This document shows, in pieces, positions 1 to 13,333 of a stretch of 64,000 nucleotides of DNA; within the stretch, counting starts at the first letter, position 1; each line of letters opens with the position of its first letter. The DNA lies in the NCBI RefSeq assembly GCF_004010195.1, contig NC_057718.1, positions 98,366,518 to 98,430,517 on the forward strand. The letters are read 5' to 3'. Under the pieces are notes generated by a model that searched no databases, was not told the DNA's origin, and saw only the letters and a program-made list of their open reading frames with translations. Source of the DNA: Chiloscyllium plagiosum (lineage: Eukaryota). A program made the position numbers and the translations under genes.

Positions 1-1704
1 GCAGTATCATCAGCTAAGTTCACATCAACACTTAATACATGAACCGTTAAATGTAAATTCTCTTGTGAAAGATACACATGCAACAAATAAGTTGCTCACA
101 GCAAAAAGTCATTTGAAGGTCCTCTTGAAGGGAGGTCACTGAGTTGTTTTTTTTTTAACTCATAAGTATCCAGTTGGTAATAGACCTGAAAATTAAATAT
201 TTTTAAGCTCCCACGCCCTGACCTAAACGATGGGTTTAGTGAAAATTCAAATTGAACAGTTGCTACGGTAGATACAATCTGCAATGCTGCCTAGATGAAG
301 GGCACATGCTTGAAATCTCAATTCTCCTGCCCCTCGGATGCTGCCTGACCTGCTTTGCTTTTCCAGCACTGCACTCTTGACTCTGATCTCCAGCATCTGC
401 AGTGCTCACTTTCTCCTATGTCCTGAAATGACAAGTTGAAGCCTAAAAAGGTGTTGTGGAGTATTCCTTGTTTAATCAGAAACAAAAACAGAAGTTGCTG
501 GTAAAGCTCAGCCGGTCTGGCAGCATCTGGGAAGAGAAATCAGACTTAGCCCTTCTTCATAAACGTTGTTTAATCATGTTGATGTGTGAAAATCAATGTT
601 GTGTAGCAAAAGTCAGTGAATTTGATGCTTTCCCTTCACATTGTCCTTCACTCACCTCACATATGCATTTACACACCATTTATTTATGTCCTACAGAGAA
701 TGTAACGTACTTGAGTGGAGACTGGAAATGGCAGGGGAGTTATATCGCTTTATTATAAGTTAATAGAAATATTCCACTCTGGGAGAGTTCCTGTCATTCA
801 CTTTAAAGTAATTGTGGCAGTTCATGTAGGATACATAAAACACACTGCAGTGTCTTGCCAAATCTCCTTGATAGCACCTTCTAAACCAACAAACTCAAAC
901 CAACAAACTCTTTGACCTTAAAGGGCAAGAACAGTGGACAATTGGAGCGTTCCAACCAGCAAATTATGCCTCACTTGTGAAAGTTCACAGATTCTCAAGC
1001 TCCACATCTCCCTCGATCATCACGGGCATTGATAGAGAATTGGCTCATGGGCAAGAATCAGCAAATAGGGATAAGGAATTCTTTTTCAGATTGGTGATCC
1101 GTGACCAGTAGGGTTCCACAGGGATCATTGCTGGGACCATGACTGTTTTACAATACATACATTAATGACTTGGAGGAAGGAAGTGAATTTATTGCAGCCA
1201 AATTTGCAGACAACACCAAAACAGGTGGTAAGGCAGGTTGCGAGAGGGTTACATGTCTGAGTGTCTAGTGTCTGCACCCAGAATAGTTTTGCTGGTGATA
1301 GCATGTGGGTGCAGTTTGGTGCACTATTTCAGTACCACCTGAGTGACCACAGATTTGGAGAGCGTGCAGAAGAAGAATGGAATGGAGGTGTGATTCCGTA
1401 ACTATTAAGACATCGTAAGTAGCTTTCTGAAATGTAAGCAGTAATGGTTGAGAATGGTTGAAGGAAAAAGATGGGATGCTGCCCCGATAGACAGCATTAA
1501 CTAACATCCATGTCACTTTCAGCCCTTCCATCACACCCTGGCTACCATCAGCAAGACAACTTGAATAGAAATAGGATTCTACCCAAATCTTCTATGGGTA
1601 GATTTTTCACCACCAACCTGTCTGATAATACTAGTCTACAGGCTTACTCATTTTCAGGGGTGTAGGATTAACCACAGACTCTTCAAGAGAAGAGATACTT
1701 CCAT

Positions 1705-2075
1705 AAGACATAGGAGCAGAAATTAGGCCATTCAGCCCATCTAGTGTGCTCTGCCATTCAATCACGGCTGATAAGTTTCTCAACCTCATTTTCCTGCCTT
1801 CTCCCCATAACCCTCAATCCCCTTTTCCATCAAGAACCTATCTATCTCTGACTTAAAGGCACTCAATGACCTGGCCTCCACAGCCCTTTGTGCAATGAGT
1901 TCCACAAATTCACCACCCTCTTGCTGAAGAAAGTTCCACCTCATGTCAATTCTAAAGGTTGTCTCTTCATTCTGAGGCTGTGCACCTCCCACTCCCCCCC
2001 CCCCCCCCCCCCCCCGACCCCAAGGCTTAGTCATGGAAACATTTTCTCCACATACACTTCATCCAGGCTTTTCTA
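1705..2075 (-). mobile_element. CR1-like 3' tail (taaga-tail family)
   Basis: RAVEARSLSAFKSEIDRFL...GIEGYGEKAGK on minus; cataagacataggagcag tail. Confidence 0.8.
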
Positions 2076-2185
2076 AATTCTGTCAGATGATGAAAACATG
2101 TTTGCAAGTCTTTGTAAAATGTCAGATTGGACACAGAACTTCAATGTAAGCAGATTATTAACAAGAAAAATGATATACATGCAAC

Positions 2186-2432
2186 TGTCTGTGTGGAGTT
2201 TGCACATTCTCCCCGTGTCTGTGTGGCTATACTCCGGGTGCTCTGGTTTCCTCCCACAGTCCAAAGATGTGCAGGTTAGGTGAATTTGCCATGCTAAATT
2301 GTCCATAGTACTAGGTGCATTAGTTAGGGGTAAATGTAGGGGAATAGGACTGAGTGGGTTGCCCTTTGGAGGGTTGGTGTGGACTTGTTGGGCTGAAGGG
2401 CCTGTTTCCACACTGTCGGTAATCTAAAAAAA
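2186..2432 (+). mobile_element. HE1-type V-SINE, 5'-truncated
   Basis: V-domain tgtgtggagtttgcacattctccccgtgtct...ttcctcccacagtccaaagatgtgcaggttagg plus CR1-like tail gggcctgtttccacactgt. Confidence 0.85.
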
Positions 2433-3299
2433 ATGCACAAGCATCTAGTGTCTGCGACCTGAATAGTTTCATGGGTGATCACACATGGGTGCAGTTGGAT
2501 GCACTATTTCAGTACTACCTGAGTCACCAGAGATTGAGAGAGTGTGTGAATGTGTAAATTTCATGAGAAAGCCCTCAACCTTCTAGACTCCAACGTGTTC
2601 AGATCCAGTATCTTCAACCACTCCTCATATGGCAAGTCTCTCATTCCCAGGATCATTCTTGCGTCTGGAGACACGTACAGGTCAGACCAGGTAAGGTCAG
2701 CAGATTTCCTTCCCTGAAGTGATGTAGATGAGTTTTTACAACAGTTGACAATAGTTATAAGACTGCTTTTAGGCCAGATCTTTATCCTGGGATTATTTAT
2801 TGAAGTAGATTCAAACTCAGAACCCCAATACGTTGTCCTGAATTTCTGGATTGCTAGTCCAATGACATCATCGCTGCCTTCCCCATTATCCTTAAACTGC
2901 TTCAAATGTTATTTCATGGAGCATGTGGATAATAAGAATATTTCTTAAACATTCAATACATTGACTCTAATTTTCTGTTTAAACTTTTCTAATGAGCTGT
3001 ACAACAATTTCAAGTGTGACATTTACACTTCAGTCAAAGCCATCCATCCTGGCTTTAGATGTTTTCTAATCAACCTGTTCAGAGATTTTATTACACACCT
3101 CTGGAGTAGGTGGGCCTTGAACCCACACATCCTAAGCTCAGGAGCAGAGACATTATCACTGTACTACCACCTGGATCACACATAAAGGTAGTCCTTAGGT
3201 TGTGAGCGGGTTCTGTTCAGGAGTCCATTCATAAGTCAAACAGTACGCAGGTTGAGGCACAATGCAGAACAATGGAAAGCGGCTGTTTGTAAGTATGAC

Positions 3300-3577
3300 T
3301 AGATTATCTACAGGGCATTCGGCCCAACAAGTCCACACCTACCCTCAAAAGAGTAACCCACCCAGACCCATTCCCTCTGACTAACACACCTAACACTATG
3401 GGCAATCCAGCATGGCCAATTCACCTAACCTGCACATCTTTGGACTGTGGAAGGAAAACAGAGCACACCCAGACAGACACGGGGAGAATGTGCAAACTGA
3501 CAGATGCCCAAGGCTGGAATTGAACCTGGGTCCCTGGTGCTGTGAGGCAGTAGTGCTAACCACTGAGCCACTGTGCC
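3300..3577 (-). mobile_element. HE1-type V-SINE
   Basis: Reverse complement shows a tRNA-like head (ggcacagtggctcagtggttagcact...ggttcaattcc), V-domain and tail. Confidence 0.85.
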
Positions 3578-4049
3578 ATATAGGAAATGTTCATCTGTTA
3601 GATCTTTAAAATTACACAAATTCGTAAGTATGACTTCCTCATTCAGACATTCGTAAATCAGGCAATCCCTGTGTGCTGTTAGTAACAATTGGTAAAATTT
3701 AAATTTTTTTTGAATAGTAGTTGTTTGGAGTAGTTTATTTTAAAGAACTTATTACATTACTTTAACCTTCCTCTGCAGCTAATTATGTACCAACAAACCT
3801 CTTATGTTTGTCCAAATGAAACTTCTAAATTACAAGCATCTGACTGATGTAGGAAAATTATTTTCCGAATCCTAATTTTGAAAAGGAGGGGGAGAAAACT
3901 CCCTCAGTGGACAGACAGCATCTTGTGATGATGTTGCGATATCCAAAATATGAATAACGGTTTGATGTGTTTATCACTCCTGTGCCTGTTAGTTCTTTGT
4001 CGACTGTTCTAAAACCATACATTAGAGTAACAGTGTTTTCTGTCCCCAG

Positions 4050-4118
4050 GCAAAAGAGATGCGGCAGATGGTGAAGCTGGAAGCAGAGATGGCTCGCAGA
4101 CCAGCAACAGTGGTCTGA
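4050..4118 (+). CDS. PLCB4: PLCB4 (phospholipase C beta 4) terminal coding exon, frame ending ...ATVV
   Basis: Acceptor gttttctgtccccag, then AKEMRQMVKLEAEMARRPATVV*. This matches the recalled human PLCB4 C-terminus AKEMQQMVKLEAEMDRRPATVV. Synteny with LAMP5 and PAK5 agrees. Confidence 0.93.
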   Translation, partial: AKEMRQMVKLEAEMARRPATVV

Positions 4119-6830
4119 ATTCCCCCGAAACTGACTGAGACCAATGCCATACGATGAACAGTAATGTGCAAACTACCAATACTAACAGCAATTTTGCCAT
4201 CTCTTCTTACCTCACAAATCTACTGTAGCCAGCAACTTTCTGTATCAAAAGGATCTACGTATATCAAGTCAATGGCTTTGATGTTACGAGCACTTTAAAG
4301 GTTGCTGATTCTACTTAGTATGTGTCCAAATCTGAATCGCTGTCTTCTGGTAAAGGAAACCAGCCTAGAAATGCTGGCAGGGTTAGGATTTCATTTCATT
4401 TCGTTAAAATCCATAGGTTGGAAAATGGCTATTCCAGCAAAGTGGAGATAAAGTCACAAAATTATAAATGTTATACACAGTAAGAACATTATTAAATTAG
4501 TTAGAACACATTTTATTGCTTGCCGAGAAATATCCTACATTAGGTCTGCATATATTGCCAATAAATGTTCAGAATCCTAGACATGTAGATTGATCTACCA
4601 GAACCCCACCATGTCACAATGACTGATCCTGCATTCCCTCTCCAATTTGGAGCTTCCAAGGACCAATTGCAGTTACAATTACTCAGTCTTGTTTGTCATA
4701 AGTGGACAACCTAACCCAAGCGTGATGATCCTTCTAGCCCAGTGACCAGAATTGATCACAAAAGTGGCTTTACACAGCAAATTAAACATCATCATTTCAA
4801 ATTGGAGAACTGTTTCAACCATTCATGTAAATGTTGAGCTCTTTGCATGGTCTTGCACAAGTAACTAGCTTTTAGTTTACAACGGATTGCTGCATGTTTT
4901 TACTCCCTTGGAGTTGTTGGCGTGCTACCATTCAGCATTAGACTGCCTGAAATACTGGTAGCTTTGTCCTCAAAGCGATGAAGCTAACATGTATATTGAT
5001 AGCTTTCCCAAAGGTGATACCAAGGAATCCATCTGGAAATAATTCATTATATCCAGTACCTGGAACTGTCCAGGATGCATTTATGGATCTTTGTCAGGGG
5101 TTGTTGGTAAGGGAAAATCCTTGTTGACAATGTTGATAGACACAAGTTTTGTTTTCTAAAAAAGAAAATACGTAAAACATGTACACAACCATTGCATTTC
5201 TTACTTTGCAATATGTGAACACTATAAGACAAAGTAGATTCAGACCAAGTTAATGTACTTTATAATAAAACAAGAAAATAAATCAGATGAGGAATGTTGA
5301 ATCAGGGAATTTATTTAATATTTTAAGCACATAATGTGAACAAAACAAGTTTTATTACACTGGTGCCAGAAAGTCGGACATCTTTTTGTAATCAAATATA
5401 GGTAGCAAAGTATTCAACAAGGTTTGCTGAGGTTTGGGGCTACTGTAGCAAAGAGTCTTGTAGTCCAAACAGCATATATGAAACAAAAATACACATCTGT
5501 GCAAAGCAGATATTCACCAAATTGTTCTATTTTAAGCATATAGTACTTATCAGAGCAAAATTTGAAGGGCAACCGTAATATTGCCCGATTCAGCACAGAG
5601 TCCTGAGCAATTCCAGATCTTATATGGCAATATACCTTCACACTATAAACTAAAAGGACATCTTAAGTGATGCCGCATAAAACAAATCAAAACAAAGATT
5701 TTCTGTAGCTCAGTGTAGCTCATAGTTATAGTACGATAGTGCACCATATTATTTCATGCTTTGGGAGAAGGTTCAAATCTGTGTCTTAAGAAGTATTTGA
5801 AATGCTCTTGCCAGACGATAACATGCATCCATCACCCAAATAAACTTCCCAAAAATGTTTGTAGCATTACACAAGAGAAGGTAAAAGAACACTTGTCTAC
5901 CAGAGCAGAAATGTTGAAATGTACCATGATGAAATATTGTATGTAAATATGTATTTAATTCTATAATATCATTTAAGACCAAAATGTGTTTTAAGGCATA
6001 TCGATTATCTTAAGGGCTGTGTGGTCGTGTAATACTTGCAGACTTGCTAAGAATATATTTGTTTCTGAGAATGCAATTTCGTGTTATCAGCCATTTTGAG
6101 GGATTCTTCTCCAGCAAGCCATTTTTAACCCTCTTAACACAAGTAGCTTTTACAACATATCAATTATGGTATTGTATATGTAAGGTGATATTCCTAAAAT
6201 GTAATGTGTACTACTGTAACAGTTCTTTTAATGTGCCACTGGTATACCTAACTGATGTAGGTGGGTTACTGGGAATTGCTGCTTTCACAAAGAAATGAAG
6301 TGCAATGTTGAAACAATTTGAATTATCTAAATTCTGCAACTCGGGTATATAGTTTTTAAAAACAAAAGTACACAAATTCTGTTCTGTTTGCTGGTAGACG
6401 CTGTCTATAAATGGCTGTTCTGTTTTATATCAGGTAACTGTCCTACTGCTTATATATAATTAGTTATGTAGGTTTACTGAAAAAGCAGGCTGTTTTACAG
6501 GTATCACTAACATGTATTGGTTTTGTTTAAATATATATATATATATTTAGAAAAGAGATTTGGTGAAGGTGTTTTATATTTATATTATCTGTCAAATTAA
6601 AAGGTAGAAAATCATGAACTCTTAATTGATGTTCCCAGAATTCTTTAATACGATTTTATAGTTTCTGTACCCCATTATAAATAAATGATAAAAGTTGAGA
6701 AGTGACTTAATGATTCGAGTGTTATTGATGTGACTGTGGCAGTGTTTGCAACAAAAATGATTTCTCAGCGTTGAGAACACTTTGAAAGTTTTGGTCCCAT
6801 TATCGAAGGAAAGATATACCGAAATAAAAG
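4119..6830 (+). other. PLCB4: Probable PLCB4 3'UTR
   Basis: About 2.7 kb AT-rich stretch without recognisable repeats after the stop. AATAAA at 5264, 6680 and 6823; repeats resume at about 6830. Confidence 0.6.
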
Positions 6831-6984
6831 CGCAGAGCTGCAGGATGCTGGAAATCTGAAACACAAGCAGCATCTGTAGAGAGAGAAGTAGAATTAATGT
6901 TTCAAGTCCAGTGGCCCTTTGTAAGAACAGAGTCCGTTTCTCTTCCTACATATGCCGAGTTTCTCCAGCACTTTCTGTTTGTGT

Positions 6985-8390
6985 GAAAGGTGTACTGACA
7001 TTGGAGGACGTTCAGAGAAGATTCATAGAGTTCATCTCAGATATGGAGGGATTATTTTACGAGGAGAGGTTGAGTAGGTTGGGGTCTGTGCTCATTGGAA
7101 TGTAGAAGAATGAGAAACAAGTTAATTAAAACTTATAGAATTTTTAAGGGCCTTGACAGCATAGGTGTGGAGCAGTCATTTTCCATCATGGGAGAGACTA
7201 GGACCAAGGTCTTAATCTCAAATTAAGGAGTCATACAGCACAGAAACAGACCCTTTGGTGCAACCAGTCCATGCTGACCATAATCACAAACTAAACTAGT
7301 CCCACCTTGCCTGCACTTGGCCCATATCCCTCCAAACCTTTTTTAATCATGTACTTACCTGAATGTCTTTTAAACATTGTAATTGTACCTTTATCCATCT
7401 GGAAGTTCTTTCCACACACAAATCACTCCCTGTGTTAAAAAAAAGTTGCCCCTCGTATCTTTTTAAATATTTCTCCTCTAACCTTAAAAATATGCCCCCT
7501 AGTTTTGAACTCCCCTACTCCAGGCGAAAGACACTTGCTTTTCATCTTATCTATGGCCGTCATGATTGTATAAATGCCTATAAGCTGACTCCTCAAGCCC
7601 TACACTCCAATGAAAAAAAATCCAGGCTATCCAGCCTCAAACCCTCCAATCCTAGCAATATCCTGTTAAATCCTTTTCTGAACCCTTTCCAGGGTCATTG
7701 ATTTAAGACAGAGAGGAGGAACAATTCCTTCTCTGAGGGTGGTGAATATATGGAATCCTTCAGTGCAGAGGGTTGTTGAGGGCTGATCATTAAATATATT
7801 GAATGAATTGAATTTATTGTCACGTGTACCGAGGCACAGTGAAAAGCTTTGTCTTCCAAGCAATACAGGCAGATCACAGAGTTAAGTAGCATAGATAATA
7901 AATAATAGGTAAACAGCAGCAAAAACAAAAACACAGGTACATGCAAATGTTAAGAGTTTGTAAGTCCATTCAGTATTCTAACAACAGTTGGGTAGAAACT
8001 GTTACAAAATCGGCTTGTGCGTGTGTTCAGGCTTCTGTACATTCTCCCCGATGGTCGAGGTTGTAGAAAAACATTGCCAGGGTGGGATGGATCTTTGAGA
8101 ATGCTGGCAGCCTTTCTTGACAGTGGGCCTGGTAGATGGATTCTATAGATGGGAGGTTGGCCTTTGTGATTGTCCGGGCCGAGTTCACCACTCTCTGTAA
8201 CCGTCTCCGACCTTCAATGGAGTTGCCATACCAGGTAGTGATATATTCAAGACTGCGATAGATTTTTAATCAATATGAGAATCAAAGGTTATGAGGAAAA
8301 AGCAGGAAAGCGGGGTTTAGGATTATCAGATGAGCCATTGAGTGGTGAAATAGAGATTGCGGGCTCTATGCTCCTACGTCTGTTCTGATG
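6985..8390. mobile_element. Nested cluster: CR1 (+) interrupted by a CR1 tail (-, ~7230-7695) and a Rex1/Babar 3' end (-, ~7800-8240)
   Basis: LEDVQRRF and YEERLSRLG on plus; minus-strand ILKDPSHPGNVFLQP...GRMYRSL with caataaattcaattc tail. Confidence 0.8.
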
Positions 8391-8669
8391 TCTTTTGGCC
8401 TTGAAAACTTCAGCTTGAAATTAGGAAAAGGCATGTTTTGCATCTAAACAACTTAAACTGTGAAAGAAATGAGAGCTGATCTCTGTTTTCCTGAAGGTAA
8501 CTCTGTGAAACCTTCTAAATCCATCTGGATCAAGAGTGAAAGGTGAATCATGCCACTTCTGTAATAATATTTCATCTATCCTTTTTAAGTGGCAAAATAA
8601 ACCAATTTCACTGATTCACATGCAACATGTTTGGAATGCTGTTGTGAAGTATTCAATCCTGCCCAATCA

Positions 8670-9470
8670 CGCTAAGAATTCCTCAGTGTCCTCAGCCCAA
8701 CCATCTTCAGCTGCTTCATCAGAAAGTCAGATGTGGGAATGTTTACCAATGATTCACAATGTTCAGCACAATTCCCAACCCCTCAGATATTGAACCAGTC
8801 CATGTCCAAGTGCTGCACGGTCTGGTCGATATCCAGGTTTGGGCTGACAAATGGCAAGTAACATTCGTGCCACGCATGTGCCAGGCAATGACCATCTCCA
8901 ACAGGAAAGAATCTAACCAATGTCCCTTGACATTCAATGGCATTACCATCACTGAATCTCCCACTGTCAACATCCTTGGAGGGCTGAGATGCAGTGGGAA
9001 TACTCCCCACTTGTGTTGATGAGTGCAGCGCCAATAACATTCAAAAAGCTTGACACATCCTGGACAATACAGCTTGCTTGATTGCCACCACATTCACAAA
9101 TGTCCAATACCTCCACCACCGATGCTGAGTAGCAGCTGTGTGTACCATCTACAAGATGCACTGCAGAAATTCACTAAGTCTCCTTAGACTGTATCTTCCA
9201 AGTCCGCAACTATTTCGAACTTGAAGGACGAGGGCAGCAGATACCTGGGAATACCACCGCCTGCATGTTCCCCTCCAAGACACTCACCATCCTGACTTGG
9301 AAATCTATTGCCTTCATTGTCACTAGGTCAAAATCCTGGAACTCCCTCCCTAACAAATGCAATGGTTCAACAAGGCAGCTTACTACCACCTCCTCAGGGG
9401 CAATTCTAGATGGCCACTAAAAGTCAAGCCTGGCCAGCAAAACACACATATCCGAAATGAATAAAAAAAA
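8670..9470 (+). mobile_element. CR1/L2-group LINE 3' fragment (distinct family)
   Basis: DIQVWADKWQVTFVPRMCQAMTISNRKESNQCPLTFNGITITESPTVNILG and tail gaatgaataaaaaaaa. Related pieces at 9620-9890 (-), 43950-44800 (-) and 50100-50510 (+). Confidence 0.75.
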
Positions 9471-12400
9471 TGCTTTCATGACCAAAATGAGGAAAACAAA
9501 TCAGCATTCTAACTATTGATGCGTCTCTTACAGTTAATGCTAGGTTAAAAATCTAAGATGCTTTTATCATTTGTATTCACTAGCTTGCCTAAGTTCATAT
9601 TTTATACTCCTTTATGCAGTGAAGGGTGTTAATGTTGAGGGTGGCAGATGGGGTTGTCAGTAAAGTGAGCTGCTTGGTTCTGATGGATTGAATTTCTTGA
9701 GAGTTGCTGGAGCTGCACCCATCCAGACAAGTGTGGAATATTCCAGACATGTCCTTGTAGATGGCGGTCAGATTTTGGGAGTCAGGGGATGCAAAATTCT
9801 TAGCCTTCAACCTGTTCTTTTAGCTATTAAGTTGTTTTATCTTTTGTTAAATTGTGGTTAATGGTATCTCCCAGGGTATAGATGGAGGAAACTTTAATTA
9901 ATTAGCAGTTATTTATATACATTTTAATATTTTTTCATATGGAACTTTCAACCAATGCCTCTGCTGATGGCATGAATCCAACAGTCTGTCACAACATATG
10001 CCATCTTGTTCATTTTACATTTCTAATTAATGTGAGCATCAGTATTAAAATGTAGTCTTTGTTAGCCACAACCAGTGCCTGGAGATGTTATTAATCCATC
10101 AAAACATCATTAGGGTTGGATTTGCACAGAAGTTTAAAGTGAGTGGGGATTTGTATCACAGTACAACAAATACTAATGAATTTAGGGAGTCTGCCCATTG
10201 AAACTTAAAGGGCTACATTTTGTGAAGTAAGGTTTTCACCACTGAGCTCAAAGAAGGTTGCTTGGAAAAGTTAAGTAACCTCTGTAGCATGCATTAGCCC
10301 ATTTCCAATAGATGCTTAAATCTGCTTAAGTAATTTAAGACGAAAAATGTGGTGCTGGAAAAGCACAGCAAGTAAGGCAGCATCCGTGGAGCAGGAGAGT
10401 CAACATTTCAGGCATAACCCTTCATCAGCTTAAATACTTAAGGGATCTCAAGACATCCAGCAGCGGTGATGTCACCTGGAAGTATTCTCACAGATAGCAA
10501 AACAAGAAGTTAAAAATGTTAAATCATTCACCTCCAAATTTTTCAGATAGCAAAATAAACTATTGTAATTAGATTAAGATAGAAGTTAAAATATGACAAA
10601 TAATATTTTAAAACTTTTATGTATCTATATGGAATCGATCTGTCATTAGGAAGAAGGGGCAATGTTGACATATTCGCTGTCGGTTTCGGATTTCACTTTG
10701 AAATAACCTTATCATCAGACCCTGAGAGTGTAAAATCATTGACAGCAACTTTTGAATTTCTGCATTATTTTGCACATGGTTCCATCAGTTTCAGCATAAC
10801 AATGACAGAAAATACCAACAGGTCCACAAATCAAAATGCAGGCCAAAAGTCAGAACAATTCCTAATTCCAATAGTTAAAGCAAAGCCATACTAAGCTAGT
10901 GACCCACCATTTACTTGTTTATCAGGAGAAGCATTTGTAGATCAATGTCAAGGTCCAACATTCTATTCAATGGCTTCAGTGAATGTAATAGGAATGGCTG
11001 TGAATCCACCAGGCATGCACCTCTCAGGGCAGGAGCTCATTGTACAGACTACAGTCTGACTTGGGTGGTCACCACTTGGGTCATTCCCCAGGTTCAACTT
11101 GTGGGAGTAAAGGTCCACATCGTCCCCAGAATGTCGCCAACAGTTCTGGGTTGTCCAGACTTTCCTTGGAAGGTCAAATCCTAGGACTCAGGTCAGTTAC
11201 CAGGTTGGGGTTTGTAATGTCTGTAGTCAACAAAGGTGTGTCATCAAGAGGCTGGGCTATCATCAGTTTTCAGGGTGTGGAGGAGATTCCATTAGGGGCT
11301 GTGGGATTACAGGTGAGGGGTTTGAGGTCCTGTGTCATTTGTTAGCTGTCAGCCAGTGGTATTCTAGGAGGAGGCTGGGTTCCCTGCAGATATTGGGAGG
11401 TTTAATGTGTGTGAGCCCAAAAAGCCACTCAACCTGCATGTCTCAATGTCCCAGAGAGAATCTTTATGACTTCCTGGAGATGGGCATCAACTGTGTTTTG
11501 TGTAAAACCTTTGAGCCAGTGCACTTGTGATGTAATGCATAATTCATGCTTTATCTGTGAGCCATTGGATTTCAGCTTTCACAAAAAGCCAAGACCAATT
11601 GTGGAAACTCATGAAATCTGATTCAATGAAACAGAATTTCATCTCCTCTGTCACCAGTGATGTTGGCCATTAGTCTTCATTCACCAGTGATTATTCAATT
11701 ATATGCTGCATTTTTGGGTTGTCAGTAGTTTTCAGCCTTTCTGGGTGAGGCACGCTATTTTTATTGCAACATTCTTTCATTGGACGTGAGTGTCACTTGT
11801 AAGGGCAGTATTTATTGCCCTAAATTGCCCTTGAACTGAATGTCTTGTCAGGTAAATTTCAGAGGATAGTTAAGGTGTGACCTGATACATGTTGGTTTAG
11901 AGTCATATGTAGGCTAGACTAGGTAAATATGGCAGATTTCTCCTTAAAAGTTGAGTGAACCTGATGAGTTTTAGGACAATTAATGATCAAGTCATCGTGA
12001 TGATCACTAAAGTATTGTCCAAGTTCCTGTGAATTAATGGGGGGTTGATGGTGGGAGTGGTCATGTCACTAGAAAATTATCACAGGAGGAAACAGGTTCA
12101 GTTTCCACAATGGCAATTTGTGGTATTTATATTCAAACAGTGATTCTGAAATTAAAATCTAGTCTCAGTCATCTTGAGGTACCACATTACACAAACAGAG
12201 ATTACAAAACTTAAGTGGTCTCAACTTGACTTCAACTCTTTTATATTCTCACTCTATATTAATAAAGACTAGCATCAATTAGCATTTTATGCTGATTTTC
12301 TGTACCTGTCCATGACCATTCCCTGTATTATGCACCTGGAAATATATGCCTAATTTGAACCTCCACCATTTTGAATATATTTGATACTATCTTGTTGTTA

Positions 12401-12600
12401 GGTCAAATTAGATGACCTCACATTTGTTTACATGGGAATCCATTTACCACTGTTATGCCCATTTACTTGTCAGTCTCTCTTTGTAGTTTTAAGTTTCTAT
12501 CTTCACTATGACAATATCACTCATCTTGAAGTCACCTGTAAATGTGGATATGCAACTTCCTATCCCATCATTCCAATTGTTAGTAGTTAAGGCCTCAACA

Positions 12601-13333
12601 GATCTCTTCAGAACATTGGCAGCCTTACCATGGCAGTGAGCCATGTAAATGGAGTTTATGGATTGATGATTGGCTTCCGTGATGGTCTGGGCTGTGCACA
12701 CCACTTTTTGTAGTTTCTTACAGTACTGGACAGGCCATTATGCAATTGGACAGTATGGTGCATCTGTAGAGGTTGGTGAGAGTCCTTATGGACATGCCAA
12801 ATTTCCTGAGCCGCCTGAAGAAGGAGAGGCATTGTTGTGCCTTCTTGACCGTCGCATCTACGTGGGAGGTCCAGGACGGGTTGTTGGTTATTGTCACTCT
12901 GAGGAACCTGACAATCTCCAACCTCCCAACCTCCGTTACGTTAATGTAGATCGGGGTATATTCTCCTCCTTTCTTTATGAGGTCAATGATCAGTTCTTTA
13001 CCTCTGCTGATATTAAGGTTTCCTACAACCTCTTCCCTCAGGCAGAAGATACAGTCACCTAAACACTCACACCAGCAGGTTCAGGAACAGCTTCTTCCCA
13101 GTCGGTATTAGACCAATGAATGGATTCTGTAGCCTCAAATAATGCTCACTTGCTAACACTAGTCTCGCCTTGCACACGCCCTGTGCAGTATAACCTGTAT
13201 ACCTCTGTGTATGTCTCTCTGATCTGTACATTCTTGCTTACTATGATCTGCTTGTACTGCTTGTACTACTCGTAAACAAAGCTTTTCACTGTACCTCGGT
13301 ACACGTGACAATAAATCCATCAATCAATCAATC
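12601..13333. mobile_element. Rex1/Babar LINE copy with an inverted 5' segment
   Basis: Minus 12601-13015 encodes ITNNPSWTSHVDATVKKAQQCLSFFRRLRKFGMS...LYRCTI. Plus 13018-13333 encodes LQPLPSGRRY...SRFRNSFFP and ends in a (caat)n tail. Confidence 0.85.

Noticed and set aside
690-760. Possible PLCB4 alternative micro-exon after cctacag
   Set aside because: Acceptor-like, but there is no convincing donor and no similarity to the recalled mammalian micro-exon peptide.
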